Sequence record: SRR2962707_1486
Strand: one strand, 5' to 3'
DNA: 44,991 bases
In this document: positions 22,601 to 27,852 of the stretch, one piece after another
Position numbering within the stretch: position 1 is the first letter of the stretch
Layout of the letters: each line of letters opens with the position of its first letter
Notes under the pieces: generated by a model
Told to the model about the DNA's origin: nothing
Database searches by the model: none
Seen by the model: the letters and a program-made list of their open reading frames with translations, nothing else
Made by a program: the position numbers and the translations under genes

Positions 22601-24828
22601 ACGAACTGACCGAGGACATCCTGCTAGCGCTTTGGGCTGCTGAACGCAGCGACATTGTCCACAATGGCAACCAGACGATCATCAACGGCTACGACGACAT
22701 CGACGTCGACCTGAGCGAAAGCCTTACCGCCGTGGCAGGCCAGAACATCCTGATCGGCAGCGAAGGTGATCTGGTCGTTTCGCGTGCAACAGGTCAAAAT
22801 CTCGTCCGGTTGAAGGCCGCCGGTTCGATCTTGCGCCTTGATGGGCAATCACAGTCACCGATATCGGGCAACGAAATTGTGCTCGAGGCTGCCAACGGGT
22901 CAATCGGCGTTGATGGCCGGGGCCTGCAGGTCATCGCATCCGGGCAAGGTGCCACCGTCACTGGCCGCGCAAGCGGTGGAATTTACCTCGAAAGCCAGAA
23001 TGCCAATCTACCGCTTGGTGAGCTCTATACACCTGGGGAAGTCGGTATCACCGTTGAAGGCGGCGCGCTGTCAGGAGCAACCGGAACGACTGCACCCCAT
23101 ATCCGCGCATCTTCGATCGATATCGCAGTTCGCGGGACGTTTGGGCAGTTGGGTGTGGTGCCGATTTTCGCTTCCGCAATTGGTGGGCCGTTAGCCGTCT
23201 CACTCAATGTCACGGGTGATATGGCCTTCAATGTTGCTCAGGGGACTGATCTTCGATTGCAGTCATTGGGAGCCTTGCGCGACCAGTCGCTTGAAATCGG
23301 TGGCGCGGGCTCCATGACGCTTGTCAGCGATCTGGCAGTGCGCGGAGACCTGACAATTGCCACTTCCACGATCAATCTTGGTGATTGGGCGCTGCGGTCA
23401 CATGGTGGCAATCTGGCGCTTGATCTGGCTGGCGTGCTCAATCTGGGGCAGAACCACGAACTGGATGCCGGCATTGGCGCATTGGCTCTCAATGCACAGT
23501 CCATCGCGGGCAAGGATGGCTTTGGACTGTATGTGACCGCGGGTTCGCTCACGGGCGCTATCGAGGAGGGCGACGTGGCGATCGATGTGGCCGGTGATGT
23601 CGAGCTCCGCGATTTTTCGGTCAGGAAAAACAATAGTCTGCAGATTGTCTCCAGCGGCAAAACCACACTCGCGGGTACGCTTGGCGATGGCGGTGAAGGA
23701 CAAGGTTCTGTTGTGCTGCTGACATCGAAGACCGGGTTTCAAGGCCATGGCACTCTGAGCGCGAACCGGATATTCCTGACATCTCTCAACTCGGGCATTG
23801 GTTCAAAGGTCGACCGGCTGACACTCGACCTGTCTGCAGCCAGTCAGCTCAACGCTGCAGCGATGACGGACAATATCTACATTCATGTGAGTGATGGAGA
23901 TCTCAATGGTGGCTTCATCACTGCCCATGAAGGCAGTGTCGATATCTCTGCTGAGAATGGAATATTTGTCGATCTGGTGGGGAGCGAAAGCGAACCGGTA
24001 CTGAATTCGACGACAGGCACGGCGGGTTACCAAGAATGGGGCAGCGCACCGATCACCACCGCCGCCCAGTCCGGCCTGACCTTGATCCGTCCCGAACTTT
24101 ACCAACTCGCCAATGTTCCCGGACCGGGCGCCAACGGTGGCGGCACTGGCGGGTCGGGTGATGGCGGTACCGGTGGTACTGGCACGGGGGGCACCGGTGG
24201 GACCGGCGGAAATACCGGCAATAACGGCGGAACCGGTGACACGGGCGGCACAGGAGGCACCGGCGGTAACAATGGCGGTACCGGTGGTACGGGCACAGGG
24301 GGCACCGGTAGTACAGGCGGTAACAACGGCGGTACAGGTGGCACCGGCGGAAATGATGGTGGCACCGGTGGCGACACTGGCGGCGACAATGGTGGTACCG
24401 GCGGCACGGGCACAGGGGACACCGGCAATACCGGCGGAAATACCGGTAGCAACGCAGGAACCGGTGGCACCGGAAGCGGTTCCGGCAACAGCGGCAATGG
24501 TTCGAACGATAACGGTTCCGGCACCGGAAACAGCGGCGCGGGCAGTGGCAGCTCAGGCGGTGAGGGATCGGGCCGTGGCGGGTTTGCAGGAGGCTCTCCG
24601 ACCAACCCATTCGCCGATCCTCTCGGGACAGGAAACAATATTGGTACCAGTTTCAAAGGTAACAGTGGCCCGGCCTGGAACGGTATTGCCAATAACAGTA
24701 GGGTCGGTCAGCAGACAGGCGCTAACGACAATACCGAAAAGAAGGATGAGGAAGAGGAAGAAGAGGACGAAAACGGCGGCAAGAAAAAGGACGACGGCGA
24801 GGAAACCGGCAATGAGAGCCGTGGCTGA
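4672..24828 (+). CDS. Giant (~6,700 aa) TpsA filamentous haemagglutinin-like exoprotein (LktA-family-like filamentous adhesin)
   Basis: Signal peptide ending AGHA|Q; TPS secretion domain (NSFSSFN...GNLYFANPKGFVVG); GDGGFVEFSA and GKAGTIFIDP FHA motifs; long G/A/S-rich beta-helical repeats; adjacent tpsB. Start is uncertain: TTG 4672, or more likely TTG 4696 after GGGGAG. Confidence 0.92.
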   Translation: MVLGSGYRLRQVGWKLYSRKLKFRTKQALCSVCCLAIIHLPVAGHAQVVPDGRTSTNVLTSGGVTDVRTSTVTSGHGVNSFSSFNTSSGSTTNLHIPGGAQGTVNIINGGRSQINGAVRSVKSGGAVGGNLYFANPKGFVVGPNGSVQAGSVSMTTPSQQFVDEFVGAGGAVNRSSVNKLLQGTEPLSDGNIEINGAVRGNDSVRLRAGGNVIVNGAISAGDRAAIMNQAVSGSRGRVSIEAGKSLQVGRGARITATNGSSGGTVRLRGNQIRVQAEAMVLAEGEGAGHGGTVDVFAAAAAVLDRSATVSAAARGTGDGGFVEFSAADIVQIDGELAAWSSAGKAGTIFIDPAELVFNGTVTNGANFTAEASERIIIASDAIISTRIADDPEDLASLSQGDSGDILLTAPNIMIEKNAQLLAFASDPDDKFVGGDIVLTASRIDSEVHTTEALPVSRSGITISGAYLKAANIRMIAEVEKDNLVDTEGTVDAYIAGLGLEDADSEIADLLVSMAQSAASKTQQFLDSVNYENLPSYLDAGSRIDVSGSTLVASGDIDIQSIGRTVTNIGPDTGGMAVVIAVSRIKAETIIDDSRLYAGGDVLVGSKTEVVQTLKAEGARGEDADGAGLNIGVVASVRMAQATTVINGSGYQAFRPPNMAAAELGAEAVSAGGAITIKSENVTTVDAGAEALLADTARGGAIAISIDDVVATTAIGGELLNTTGDILVSALNSYETMRLAARVTGGTLTDAETPADEAGEDPPGTTDKLASVLSVAASEAKDGSALAEGSGVPQPDAGGNAPAGGNAYALTFALSNHNAEATTLVGDPNYTFKAIHGGQSSLDAAALTVRPIQPGGFGTEPDPEISALGIRIEAGNALGDVTQTAITAAGSVPDAAETPGNLTGKTAAELEADGGKVALVSVSFADWDLEATARTGSPSGIYAESIISTPGPFSLKAENSYRDIEDRDELDTLQAERTAEILGEAEADAEPTSLAAWSDGTGPLFTDADDAPIALSIAQTYGTGTELGIGISIARLTGDHEVNAVLGSGTLLYDTRSEFGLEESDLQTGIFAVDANLVSAWGASAGQPGEAPGATTGNAFGASVSLVDLNGNATAAVEDGVIIASLDKVGGLRVRAKDDRLVFSDARSHGSAEKTAFNGALSVMQREDVVRALLSHRTDIVLEGNLELAATNSGDTITVVSGGADGDKSVGIGVALTFADRQTEASILGKDDAIGEDTYVEGQAVLGGIQVAAVSVGNVITGGKVSAGGEETEAEPDPAADPAAGGDEEKDSEQADIDPEALGEDADKIKAAIGGGEPDKDEAGGFTFAGDFAAIFGDVETSATVSDRRSTSSLDADEIYVDVEGGLDIVSLTNIAYGQSSAVTAAATGGIGISGSFGLTGIDHRTQTVLDDARFEYGANFAEDDIEAQDATIDATDSSTFDLLVDGRTGRSDAGWAFSIAASFTRFNSIAHTELTESGIRFGDGFGPHDETGGDEEGEGEGDEEYIDDGCGGCEGGSSSGTISDDGRKISITANAVPSIRIRASSARTLEEDDAPDPAAPPAETGSEEPTEADTADTQQMDAVGDLVRDSADQAKEGAKDDESSDDKGGDDKPGLKGLSITIAPLKLTADSTVLFDNSHVEVDTDRQEDTAGEGGHLRVVSTGRTNVDIDATSDTVAAAIAITETNSKVVIRSTDFDAHENGTVIINSIAEENQKLRATAGAERAIKAAGVLSLRTIDNRVLIDADWESVPSWLNGQTLATSRFITGDKLEIVAKTDHDIDIEVIAADGTPSALAIAGIVSLSDTVTEISGGPTIFHDGDSPIIFKAENIYSNYNARAIASAGSFVPGADTAPVDAPVETEDERPGGDNPKKTGKVATALMDVSDDVEGDVADEAPEVPETPEEPAGGDAQATAGSRATRKNAFAIAINLERHDETTVARYSGQRYLPDDPKQLSVGAGVIGGWEAGAPDVQISALTKITALNKETRAAIGLGEDQPDRGAVLAIGLGDWRLTTDAALGRNAIVDGDAVSVTATTALPAIQLAKAPDDSFGAYDTLFERGGSGYAEQTERPFSADQLAGDDIWNIQTSSQTDAAKLAFAIDASITRAQTTTTARLETPDDGAMVANSLALVARTSGGFASRRDGEGQANSSGGFGAGGSGHVLIYRPTTVASTGSMPTGYGGRVDQIGSLVMSATNDLTGVTAASSFGNAESFGLNLAFSMIDYKGAARTSLVNPSRYKFGSVALLATDSSTLLADAGSSATGQTSFGISSAIIFADRAAVAEIVAEGPGNEGWNLGATSVLAKVSGTSIATSVAGAGLAEEESADPAPDPADPEAVEDDGKIEEREETELPVKLLGNRADSNAEDLENKEADTKGEESPADGKEFGFALAGDFSGIFGDSLSTARVVHTSTVSADQISIGAASSGKAYAASGSAVGGAGNLGIAGSLALARIDRTTAASLDAPTVTLGSGQSSIDASDKTLIQLFSGGRGGAAVKNSVLGSAAIDISTISTTADIIDGTITKTSGGILVSASSSGRTVALAGTIKATDEDDDAGEDEEETDPPAAPPADPADEAGKGDEENNAGGDGSGGIAVGIAFAGNFQRETLRASVTNSSIDANTLTVEAKRTGGIDGAASSSGTAGSLSIAAAAAVTVVNRDIEAAVSNNSALNLTTLTIAARDSAETRARVGADSEDGQVSIGAAGGIVVENRDLLARFDNSSLAPFKDNSGAVNIIASQTGGIDIVQTGGGGSEEGFGGTLGVGVLKTNRTTTARVLGSTLNAGSLSVSSANGGSLLNRQGISAIAETAGAIGVIVSHLNADTSALIQGSAVATPDGSIGVTATENSRLLARSGKSGSGENSVDVMLATALLRGDVMAEVVDSELSGQSATINAKDASILQSAAIARASTGGVGIVGGVAYASNKLGVLARLADTSSSMTSRTRVRAETDAGLTGTVVGMNFGGGSFSGAIQAGWLTANRDVVARAEGDLGVIEGGLDIEADRTDKLIGVAVTASEASASVGIAGNILQTGGRTLAELLVAEELSISGDLNVTATDSSQAANIAIGAAAGNGFSAVGSIAYTQMGRRPADATLVEANERSAQHEGVNEAVKGELAGEISVLPGFDAAERTELARRMDLAIEARVDLADAAELIVEGTTVISANDHRKVSSIAGQLSIKFSSGGFAEKATDVATIDENGIRITAKDIVSTAVSELISIYLFGLPEGDDDGGLGESGDEAGGGSENGGGDGGSVGIGISMGWARLGGLVSAELLLGEGATAKLTETEVSALSDARAAGVSAGAQAGGNISIGAGAGISRHDQLVRARIVGDGRSVDALSTGELTLTSHFAGRSWGVAGLLIGTDGSVAGGATLAVSDLDAQTEASLRNIDMASSASTRVTSNDTGKSLAIAITGGASTGATVSLSVGVNTAKSTTRSIIENATIDSARSIAVETNRAQTMNSLVLQVAIGSSAGIGAALAISEQKGNSEAIVNNSTLLAETDVVVDTLGDSDLSSAAVGVASGGSVGISGSVSIVLKSDVAKSRILNSTVRAGDSVLVRAVNGGSMGGVGGGDNSVLGDLGSATGSVAIGGSIGIGVSVAIMSTRSQVIAEIVNSGVTAFLTPGAANGIDSTTRTSTDDYDERQTINRRGVSVVADNQTAVRAMAVTVAASGSAAISLQVPVLLLRDDVQARIQDSSIDSGRDTFVEAYNKSNIKTFSLAAGIGIGGVGVGALVEVGSLKKQTTAEIVDSEIDTARDLKVLAASPEKLGKISFAAGGGLYVGLAGVVESLVTQNVTYAGIRRSTLDVGQNLAVVTAAPRYINNNAGTLAAGIAGIGGAVLVINARDESIAELGSGGSSANANTVRVGRDINVIASSDLVAETNVVGVSAGFFALSGSVVVTSFEQKVIARIGDNTNFDIGSGPTPRNVKVAANQGFNQQLILGNASGGFIGLGGSVGVTNVRNTVLATIGSDVELTASGTVDVAANGIRDLNATAITAGGGVGAFQGAALVATFAQSSDDEESRENVDEINDDMGGDPFRTDSDEVDGNKTADAGDSQVGGLLAEALGDRQSIDLDQLYSDTQTDAIRATIGARSVIRGLTALSVTANEEGSVTMTAGAASVGIAVGVAGGVVSLKRGSTIATEIGDDVFLGGGNITIGATADVSDGNQTAVAGSTGLISQNAAIANTTISRDISLVMGQGSRISAGNSVVIEAVEIGEARAQTVSAAAGAIGIGGSVVRTIRETDIAIALNNTRITGAGLDIRAERQGSVRSTGIAAAGGIISGVGVLAVAEDTATVAVNLGTAQLTSHDELSISAINAADVRAVATGVAISVGGAVGLSSARATRTASAEITGSFVRLSGDLVSIVTNDATSMSDNGQSMVEAKAISAAGGALLGASGARAQGRNESLSSIDVTFAAFGADSGGLIEARTNGGLDARTNGFSLGLAAAGANLTEATMASTASTDVTFLGGASSFSDIAIRATGKDSTFGKSVSGQGGAGALQASLVLLDMAPVTRVNISGTHIEALGSIDILAKRDSIFEVESDSLQASLAGFSGTALDSSVDAVISVDISADLTAPTIDIGSQLTITKIADGFNARTTTGAVFSGSAIWSHTDIDVDSAIEFADGVEISQANMRYATTEGHVDIALVNTFDLLDRIEMDTGGAVAIPNADGIMDIDVNRSSIVLDGVTIDAVNNINISNTNDVTASMEANVAAYGLAGSPSGQTEITFDADQTLDLINGSELTSTRGTIRLMNGRTIERQQEIVLNAETRVWNATAIPVARNVDAVATARIEANLGIDASSSVTAALDVQFVADEGFVDGYGYHSTADLYSEGAEAVANFFGGIVGAEEVSLDRVGGTSQNFSESALIINGTVSAGAFNSIDITVAENGDVTILGNDENVRVVFEDDQLVNSALVEFIATRQSELAELNTNYAANADLRARLQAEIDSLQARLQLLGGANARGDTVLVSPLLASGGNVEIFTDSIGGTGTITARGDAQIFVENNSSASMEIQGARVPFRSGGEVRVNTVAVNNSFEAGVEATPMSGLNLDIAAVSSQVSAPVIAITGTHVAQTGLPSDIFITGDLENLNGEISVSTLDGNILVLDSNISGRTVSISSGGDFFLSAGEGVASPIRDPAGLYRDFFDEYENMSLEAYFGYLADVNGTSTIQQFQRAYLLANLPDFERKSSPQGVIRALGGVYIYADTLNIDGTIQSGETDWSLTVNPLLSNRLAGLTLSEIAGRDRILIYDRYRAGTDPLIGNEYVPYTNTQLVSGNASVWYNTNTGEIEVDPMISKGGYIELVGRIISTGGSYDGSINNQARLEVANGYGRVDVDNYSDLPIVFSGINTAQTPIEGVIKITDLGNEVIPGTFQTTTYRMNGTQVARSSLLSGAFMGQPTVFPITTMLSATNLNHQIAGNYALEYARSRQIEETTVEQKTVYERFLASTIDEIEVIDSSSFTTFDDEERKSFGTLVLTTANDLATPYDYSRTLTQLNDTTSGWQQVGERVEDGSVFGLGGILTTRWRTTYERETSETYLQLDRNEIAANVPISIGFKGYSTSSIDISSLGDIRFADDIYNTAGLTNLVSTGGSVSTIAGDAVLFLADAHIEAAGDVSGASFAASRRMIDGRFNDSGPLFAPDTVRTGTSVALIDQVDGAGLYIQAGGDVSIRELSGDMLVHQISGNDVFVESPGSILVDPDEQEIIRFGAANLDLQAGGGTLGSLTAPLTMIVRDRLDAQVDGDIYLSSPALDLPVGSLTSKSGDIYIQTPRSIVDANDAAIIDRRAVADLLDDLWDEIGLRDLGGTATQDRIDEVVRSYEAREIADYEFYWSVRRAFKGDVVNNENIYAINDYDPGYVFKFNGETAADLQGQGYSGAEVSAMQDERTEIYHRMHDKYGAEGYEEAFIPKIDTDLIADTTRAMFFTDKQLEPGLRADLLLDVTDTQLTIEEANLTGGFASLNAGVSIGSRIAPIVINPGDELTEDILLALWAAERSDIVHNGNQTIINGYDDIDVDLSESLTAVAGQNILIGSEGDLVVSRATGQNLVRLKAAGSILRLDGQSQSPISGNEIVLEAANGSIGVDGRGLQVIASGQGATVTGRASGGIYLESQNANLPLGELYTPGEVGITVEGGALSGATGTTAPHIRASSIDIAVRGTFGQLGVVPIFASAIGGPLAVSLNVTGDMAFNVAQGTDLRLQSLGALRDQSLEIGGAGSMTLVSDLAVRGDLTIATSTINLGDWALRSHGGNLALDLAGVLNLGQNHELDAGIGALALNAQSIAGKDGFGLYVTAGSLTGAIEEGDVAIDVAGDVELRDFSVRKNNSLQIVSSGKTTLAGTLGDGGEGQGSVVLLTSKTGFQGHGTLSANRIFLTSLNSGIGSKVDRLTLDLSAASQLNAAAMTDNIYIHVSDGDLNGGFITAHEGSVDISAENGIFVDLVGSESEPVLNSTTGTAGYQEWGSAPITTAAQSGLTLIRPELYQLANVPGPGANGGGTGGSGDGGTGGTGTGGTGGTGGNTGNNGGTGDTGGTGGTGGNNGGTGGTGTGGTGSTGGNNGGTGGTGGNDGGTGGDTGGDNGGTGGTGTGDTGNTGGNTGSNAGTGGTGSGSGNSGNGSNDNGSGTGNSGAGSGSSGGEGSGRGGFAGGSPTNPFADPLGTGNNIGTSFKGNSGPAWNGIANNSRVGQQTGANDNTEKKDEEEEEEDENGGKKKDDGEETGNESRG
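6280..12480 (+). repeat. Ancient tandem duplication of a ~1,000-1,100-aa module inside TpsA (unit 1 ~6280-9540, unit 2 ~9541-12480)
   Basis: Collinear motif pairs: QSIGRT/VSTGRT, ALNSY/AENIY, NAYALTFAL/NAFAIAINL, FADWDL/LGDWRL, LTFADR/IIFADR, GFTFAGDFAAIFGD/GFALAGDFSGIFGD, GISGSFGLTGID/GIAGSLALARID. Confidence 0.75.
24130..24590 (+). repeat. Low-complexity Gly/Thr/Asn repeat (GGTGG, GTGG, NNGG) near the TpsA C-terminus
   Basis: Many imperfect GGCACCGGTGG/GGTACCGGCGG units encoding a Gly-rich linker. Confidence 0.9.
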
Positions 24829-24855
24829 TGCAAAGCCGTCGGTAGGCGGTTGATC

Positions 24856-25353
24856 ATGCTGCTACGCAATCCTAAGATCCTGTTTTTAGCAATTTTATTC
24901 TGCCTTTCGACACATGCCGAAGCGGCGAAATCGAGCCGGTTTGGCGATTGGCAACTTGTCTCCTCGCAAGAGAATTCCTGCTTGTTGCTCAATCGCATCG
25001 TCAGCCGCAAAAGCGGTATTACCGTCATGGAAGCGATCCTCCGGCAACGCTCCGACGGCAGTCCGGGCGCAACCATCGGCGTGCGCGTGCCGAACGGTGC
25101 CAGCCTCAAAGATCCGATCGCCTATGCTCATCCCAAAGGTCCGCCGCGCGCAATCGGGCTGGAATGGCAGAGCTGCTCGCCCGAAATGTGCCTTGCAGCC
25201 GGCGATATAAGCGGGGATGCATTGAGTAGGCTTAAGCGCGGCAGCATGATTGTTGTCGGCTTTTCTCCTTTGACTGGTTCGCGCAAACTCAATGTCGTTG
25301 TTTCATTGGCTGGTTTGACGCGGGGTTGGCAAGCGCTTCAGTCTTGCCAATGA
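24856..25353 (+). CDS. IalB family secreted protein, copy 2
   Basis: Signal peptide ending THA|EA or AEA|A; FGDWQLV..SCLL, VRVPNGASL, LEWQSCSPEMC, VSLAGLTRGWQAL; clear paralogue of 3955-4542. Start is ATG 24856 or TTG 24850. Confidence 0.82.
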   Translation: MLLRNPKILFLAILFCLSTHAEAAKSSRFGDWQLVSSQENSCLLLNRIVSRKSGITVMEAILRQRSDGSPGATIGVRVPNGASLKDPIAYAHPKGPPRAIGLEWQSCSPEMCLAAGDISGDALSRLKRGSMIVVGFSPLTGSRKLNVVVSLAGLTRGWQALQSCQ

Positions 25354-25609
25354 GATTACGATCGCAGCGGCTACGATAGTTCTGTGATTGCTTATAAAAT
25401 CAATGCGGCAGAATGCGTCTAGTTAATCGAACGACGCTCTAATGTGGGCGCACATGGCGTATTTCACGGTCGGGAGGGAGCTGATGTCAAACCTTCCGCA
25501 CCTTCGCGCCAGACCAGCTGCGCTTAAAAATAGCGTTGAAGTTGAGTAACCCGGACGGACGATTTCAGCATGATGCACGCGCAAACAATCCGTCCACGTC
25601 TGTCACCAG

Positions 25610-26773
25610 CTATTCTGCCAGTTCTCTCATAACCTTGATCAGGTCAGATTTGCCTTCGAAACCTATGCCGGGCAGCTCCGGCATGACAATATGGCCGTCT
25701 TCGACTTTCACCCCGTCAGGGAAGCCGCCATATGGCTGGAACAGATCTGGATAGCTTTCGTTGCCGCCCAGACCCAGGCCAGCGGCGATGTTCAGCGACA
25801 TCTGGTGGCCCCCGTGCGGGATGCAGCGCGCCGGAGACCATCCCAGTTGATCAAGAACATCGAGGGTGCGCAGGTATTCCACGAGACCATAGGAAAGGGC
25901 GCAGTCGAATTGCAGCCAGTCGCGATCGGGGCGCATGCCGCCGTAGCGGATCAAGTTGCGCGCGTCCTGGTGCGAGAAAAGGTTCTCGCCAGTCGCCATC
26001 GGCCCCGGATAGAACTCCGCCATAGCCGCTTGAAGTTGGTAATCCAGCGGATCGCCGATCTCTTCGTACCAGAACAGCGGATAGTTGCGCAGCATCTTGG
26101 CATAGGCAATTGCAGTTTCCAGATCGAACCGACCATTGGCATCGACGGCAAGCTCCGCCTCGTCACCTATCTCGGCAAGAACTGCCTCGATCCTCCTTTG
26201 ATCCTCGCCGATGGAAGCCCCGCCGATTTTCATCTTCACCACGTTGTAGCCACGGTCGAGATAGCCACGCATTTCCTTCCGCAATGCGGTGTCGTCCTTG
26301 CCCGGATAATAATAGCCGCCTGCGGCGTAGACGAATACTCGCGGCTGCGCCTCGACGCCTTTGCGTTCGGCAAGCAGCCTGAACAGCGGCTTCTCTTCGA
26401 TTTTAGCAATGGCGTCCCAGACGGCCATGTCGATTGTACCAACTGCAACCGAACGCTCACCATGCCCGCCGGGCTTTTCGTTCTGCATCATGGCGGCCCA
26501 GATCTTGTGGCCATCCAGATTGGTGCCATCATCGTTCATGAGCGATGCGGGATCGGCCTGCAGGAGGCGATCGCGAAAGCGTTCCCTGATGAGACCGCCT
26601 TGGCCGTAGCGGCCATTCGAGTTGAAGCCGTAGCCGACAACCCGGCGACCGTCTTTGATCACGTCGGTCACGACGGCCACCAGGCTCGCGGTCATTTTGC
26701 TGAAGTCGATGTAGGCGTTCCTGATCGGCGACGAGATCGGCTTTGTGACTTCGCAGATATCAACAATTTGCAT
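25610..26773 (-). CDS. tarD: D-(-)-tartrate dehydratase (mandelate racemase subgroup, enolase superfamily)
   Basis: Closely follows Bradyrhizobium TarD as recalled: ISSPIRNAYIDF, GYGFNSNGRYGQGG, NEKPGGHGERSVAVG, KMKIGG, VDANG, EEIGDP, ATGENL, IPHGGHQ. Confidence 0.93.
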   Translation of the reverse strand: MQIVDICEVTKPISSPIRNAYIDFSKMTASLVAVVTDVIKDGRRVVGYGFNSNGRYGQGGLIRERFRDRLLQADPASLMNDDGTNLDGHKIWAAMMQNEKPGGHGERSVAVGTIDMAVWDAIAKIEEKPLFRLLAERKGVEAQPRVFVYAAGGYYYPGKDDTALRKEMRGYLDRGYNVVKMKIGGASIGEDQRRIEAVLAEIGDEAELAVDANGRFDLETAIAYAKMLRNYPLFWYEEIGDPLDYQLQAAMAEFYPGPMATGENLFSHQDARNLIRYGGMRPDRDWLQFDCALSYGLVEYLRTLDVLDQLGWSPARCIPHGGHQMSLNIAAGLGLGGNESYPDLFQPYGGFPDGVKVEDGHIVMPELPGIGFEGKSDLIKVMRELAE

Positions 26774-26872
26774 TTGGGGCTCTTTCCTCTGATACAGCTC
26801 ACTCGTTGGCGATCACCGACTTCGGTAGCGCAACAGTTGGGACGGACTCCAATGCTGTTTGAATCTATACTT

Positions 26873-26887
26873 ATGTCAAATGAGCAT
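26873..26887. promoter_or_regulatory. LysR-type box ATGT-N7-GCAT upstream of tarD
   Basis: T-N11-A dyad; a related box ATGC-N7-GTAT lies at 27817-27831 upstream of the neighbouring lysR. Confidence 0.5.
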
Positions 26888-26890
26888 TAA

Positions 26891-27793
26891 TCATTCAGCG
26901 ACCTCGCCCGACACCTTCAGCCAGAAGGCCTCGCAATGCGGTGACATGCGCGACCGTGGGCGATAGATGACGAGCTGCACGGGAACGTCCATTGCCTCGC
27001 CACCGGCACGGACGAGTGTGCCACGCTCGATCTCGCCTTCGGCAAGTGACTGGGGAAGAAAGGCAACGCCCTGACCCTCTTTCGCCATTTCCAGGTTGGT
27101 CGCTGCCAGAACCGAATTCATCGTCGGCGCGAGGCTGGGACGTCCGTGGCTTGCCCAATGCGCCTCGAGTATGGCGTAGAGACCCGAGGCCGCCGCATAG
27201 GCGATGAACGGAACCTCTGACGATCCGGCCCCGAGCGTCCACCGCGGTTGGCCGGTTGCGTCGGGGGCACACAGAGGCACCAGACGATCGCTGCCGATTT
27301 GTTGAAACCTGAATTGCTTTTGCGGCAGATCGTCGTCACTGGCAGTGCTCTTGTGGCTCACGAAGAAGCTGGCATCGCCGCTCTTGAAGAGCCGCACGCA
27401 TTGTCGATGCGTGTCCGAGACCATGTTGAGCGCGCCGATTTCCGCAGGGCCGCCGATCTGCATCAACCACTTCGGAACAAACGTGTAGGAAAGCGCATGG
27501 GTAGCCGCGAGGTTTAGACTTCGTTGCGCCACGCAGGCGGCCTCAAGCGCCTCTGCCTTGGCCTCCGACAGCATCCTGACGATCGCTTCGGCTCTTGGTT
27601 GGAACGCCTTTCCCGCGGGTGTCAGGGCAACTTGACGGGTTGTGCGAAGGATCAGAGGCGTCTGGATCGCCTCTTCGAGGCTCTTGATGCGACGGCTGAA
27701 AGCGGGCTGGGTCATGTTCCGGTTCTCAGCAGCCCGAGAAAAGTTCAGTTCGCATGCAAGTTCAAGAAAGTCATCGAAAAGCGTAGTGTCCAT
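26891..27793 (-). CDS. LysR-family transcriptional regulator (probable tarD regulator)
   Basis: N-terminal HTH LNFSRAAENRNMTQPAFSRRIKSLEE; ATG at 27793 follows RBS GGGAGA (the ORF track starts at TTG 27808). Confidence 0.93.
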   Translation of the reverse strand: MDTTLFDDFLELACELNFSRAAENRNMTQPAFSRRIKSLEEAIQTPLILRTTRQVALTPAGKAFQPRAEAIVRMLSEAKAEALEAACVAQRSLNLAATHALSYTFVPKWLMQIGGPAEIGALNMVSDTHRQCVRLFKSGDASFFVSHKSTASDDDLPQKQFRFQQIGSDRLVPLCAPDATGQPRWTLGAGSSEVPFIAYAAASGLYAILEAHWASHGRPSLAPTMNSVLAATNLEMAKEGQGVAFLPQSLAEGEIERGTLVRAGGEAMDVPVQLVIYRPRSRMSPHCEAFWLKVSGEVAE

Positions 27794-27816
27794 CGGCGTC
27801 TCTCCCAACGAATTCG

Positions 27817-27831
27817 ATGCATAGTTGGTAT
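27817..27831. promoter_or_regulatory. LysR-type box ATGC-N7-GTAT (putative autoregulatory site)
   Basis: T-N11-A dyad about 24 bp upstream of the lysR ATG; resembles 26873-26887. Confidence 0.45.
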
Positions 27832-27852
27832 GAGAGGATCACGCAAATTCAG

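Noticed and set aside
13280-23350. Four RGD tripeptides in TpsA as integrin-binding motifs
   Set aside because: A few RGDs are expected by chance in a 6,700-aa Gly/Asp-rich protein.
24130-24480. Repeated GGCACCGG units as a possible CRISPR array
   Set aside because: They are in-frame coding repeats with no constant repeat/unique spacer structure, and there are no cas genes.
4672-24828. tpsA as a CdiA contact-dependent inhibition toxin with a downstream cdiI
   Set aside because: No VENN-like motif or toxin C-terminus; the downstream gene is an exported IalB paralogue. Leukotoxin activity also cannot be inferred from the LktA-like N-terminus alone.
24053-24853. Pro-rich (24099-24692, minus), Arg/Cys-rich and alternative-frame ORFs
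   Set aside because: These are shadow translations of the Gly/Thr repeat in tpsA; their composition is fully explained by GGC/ACC codons.
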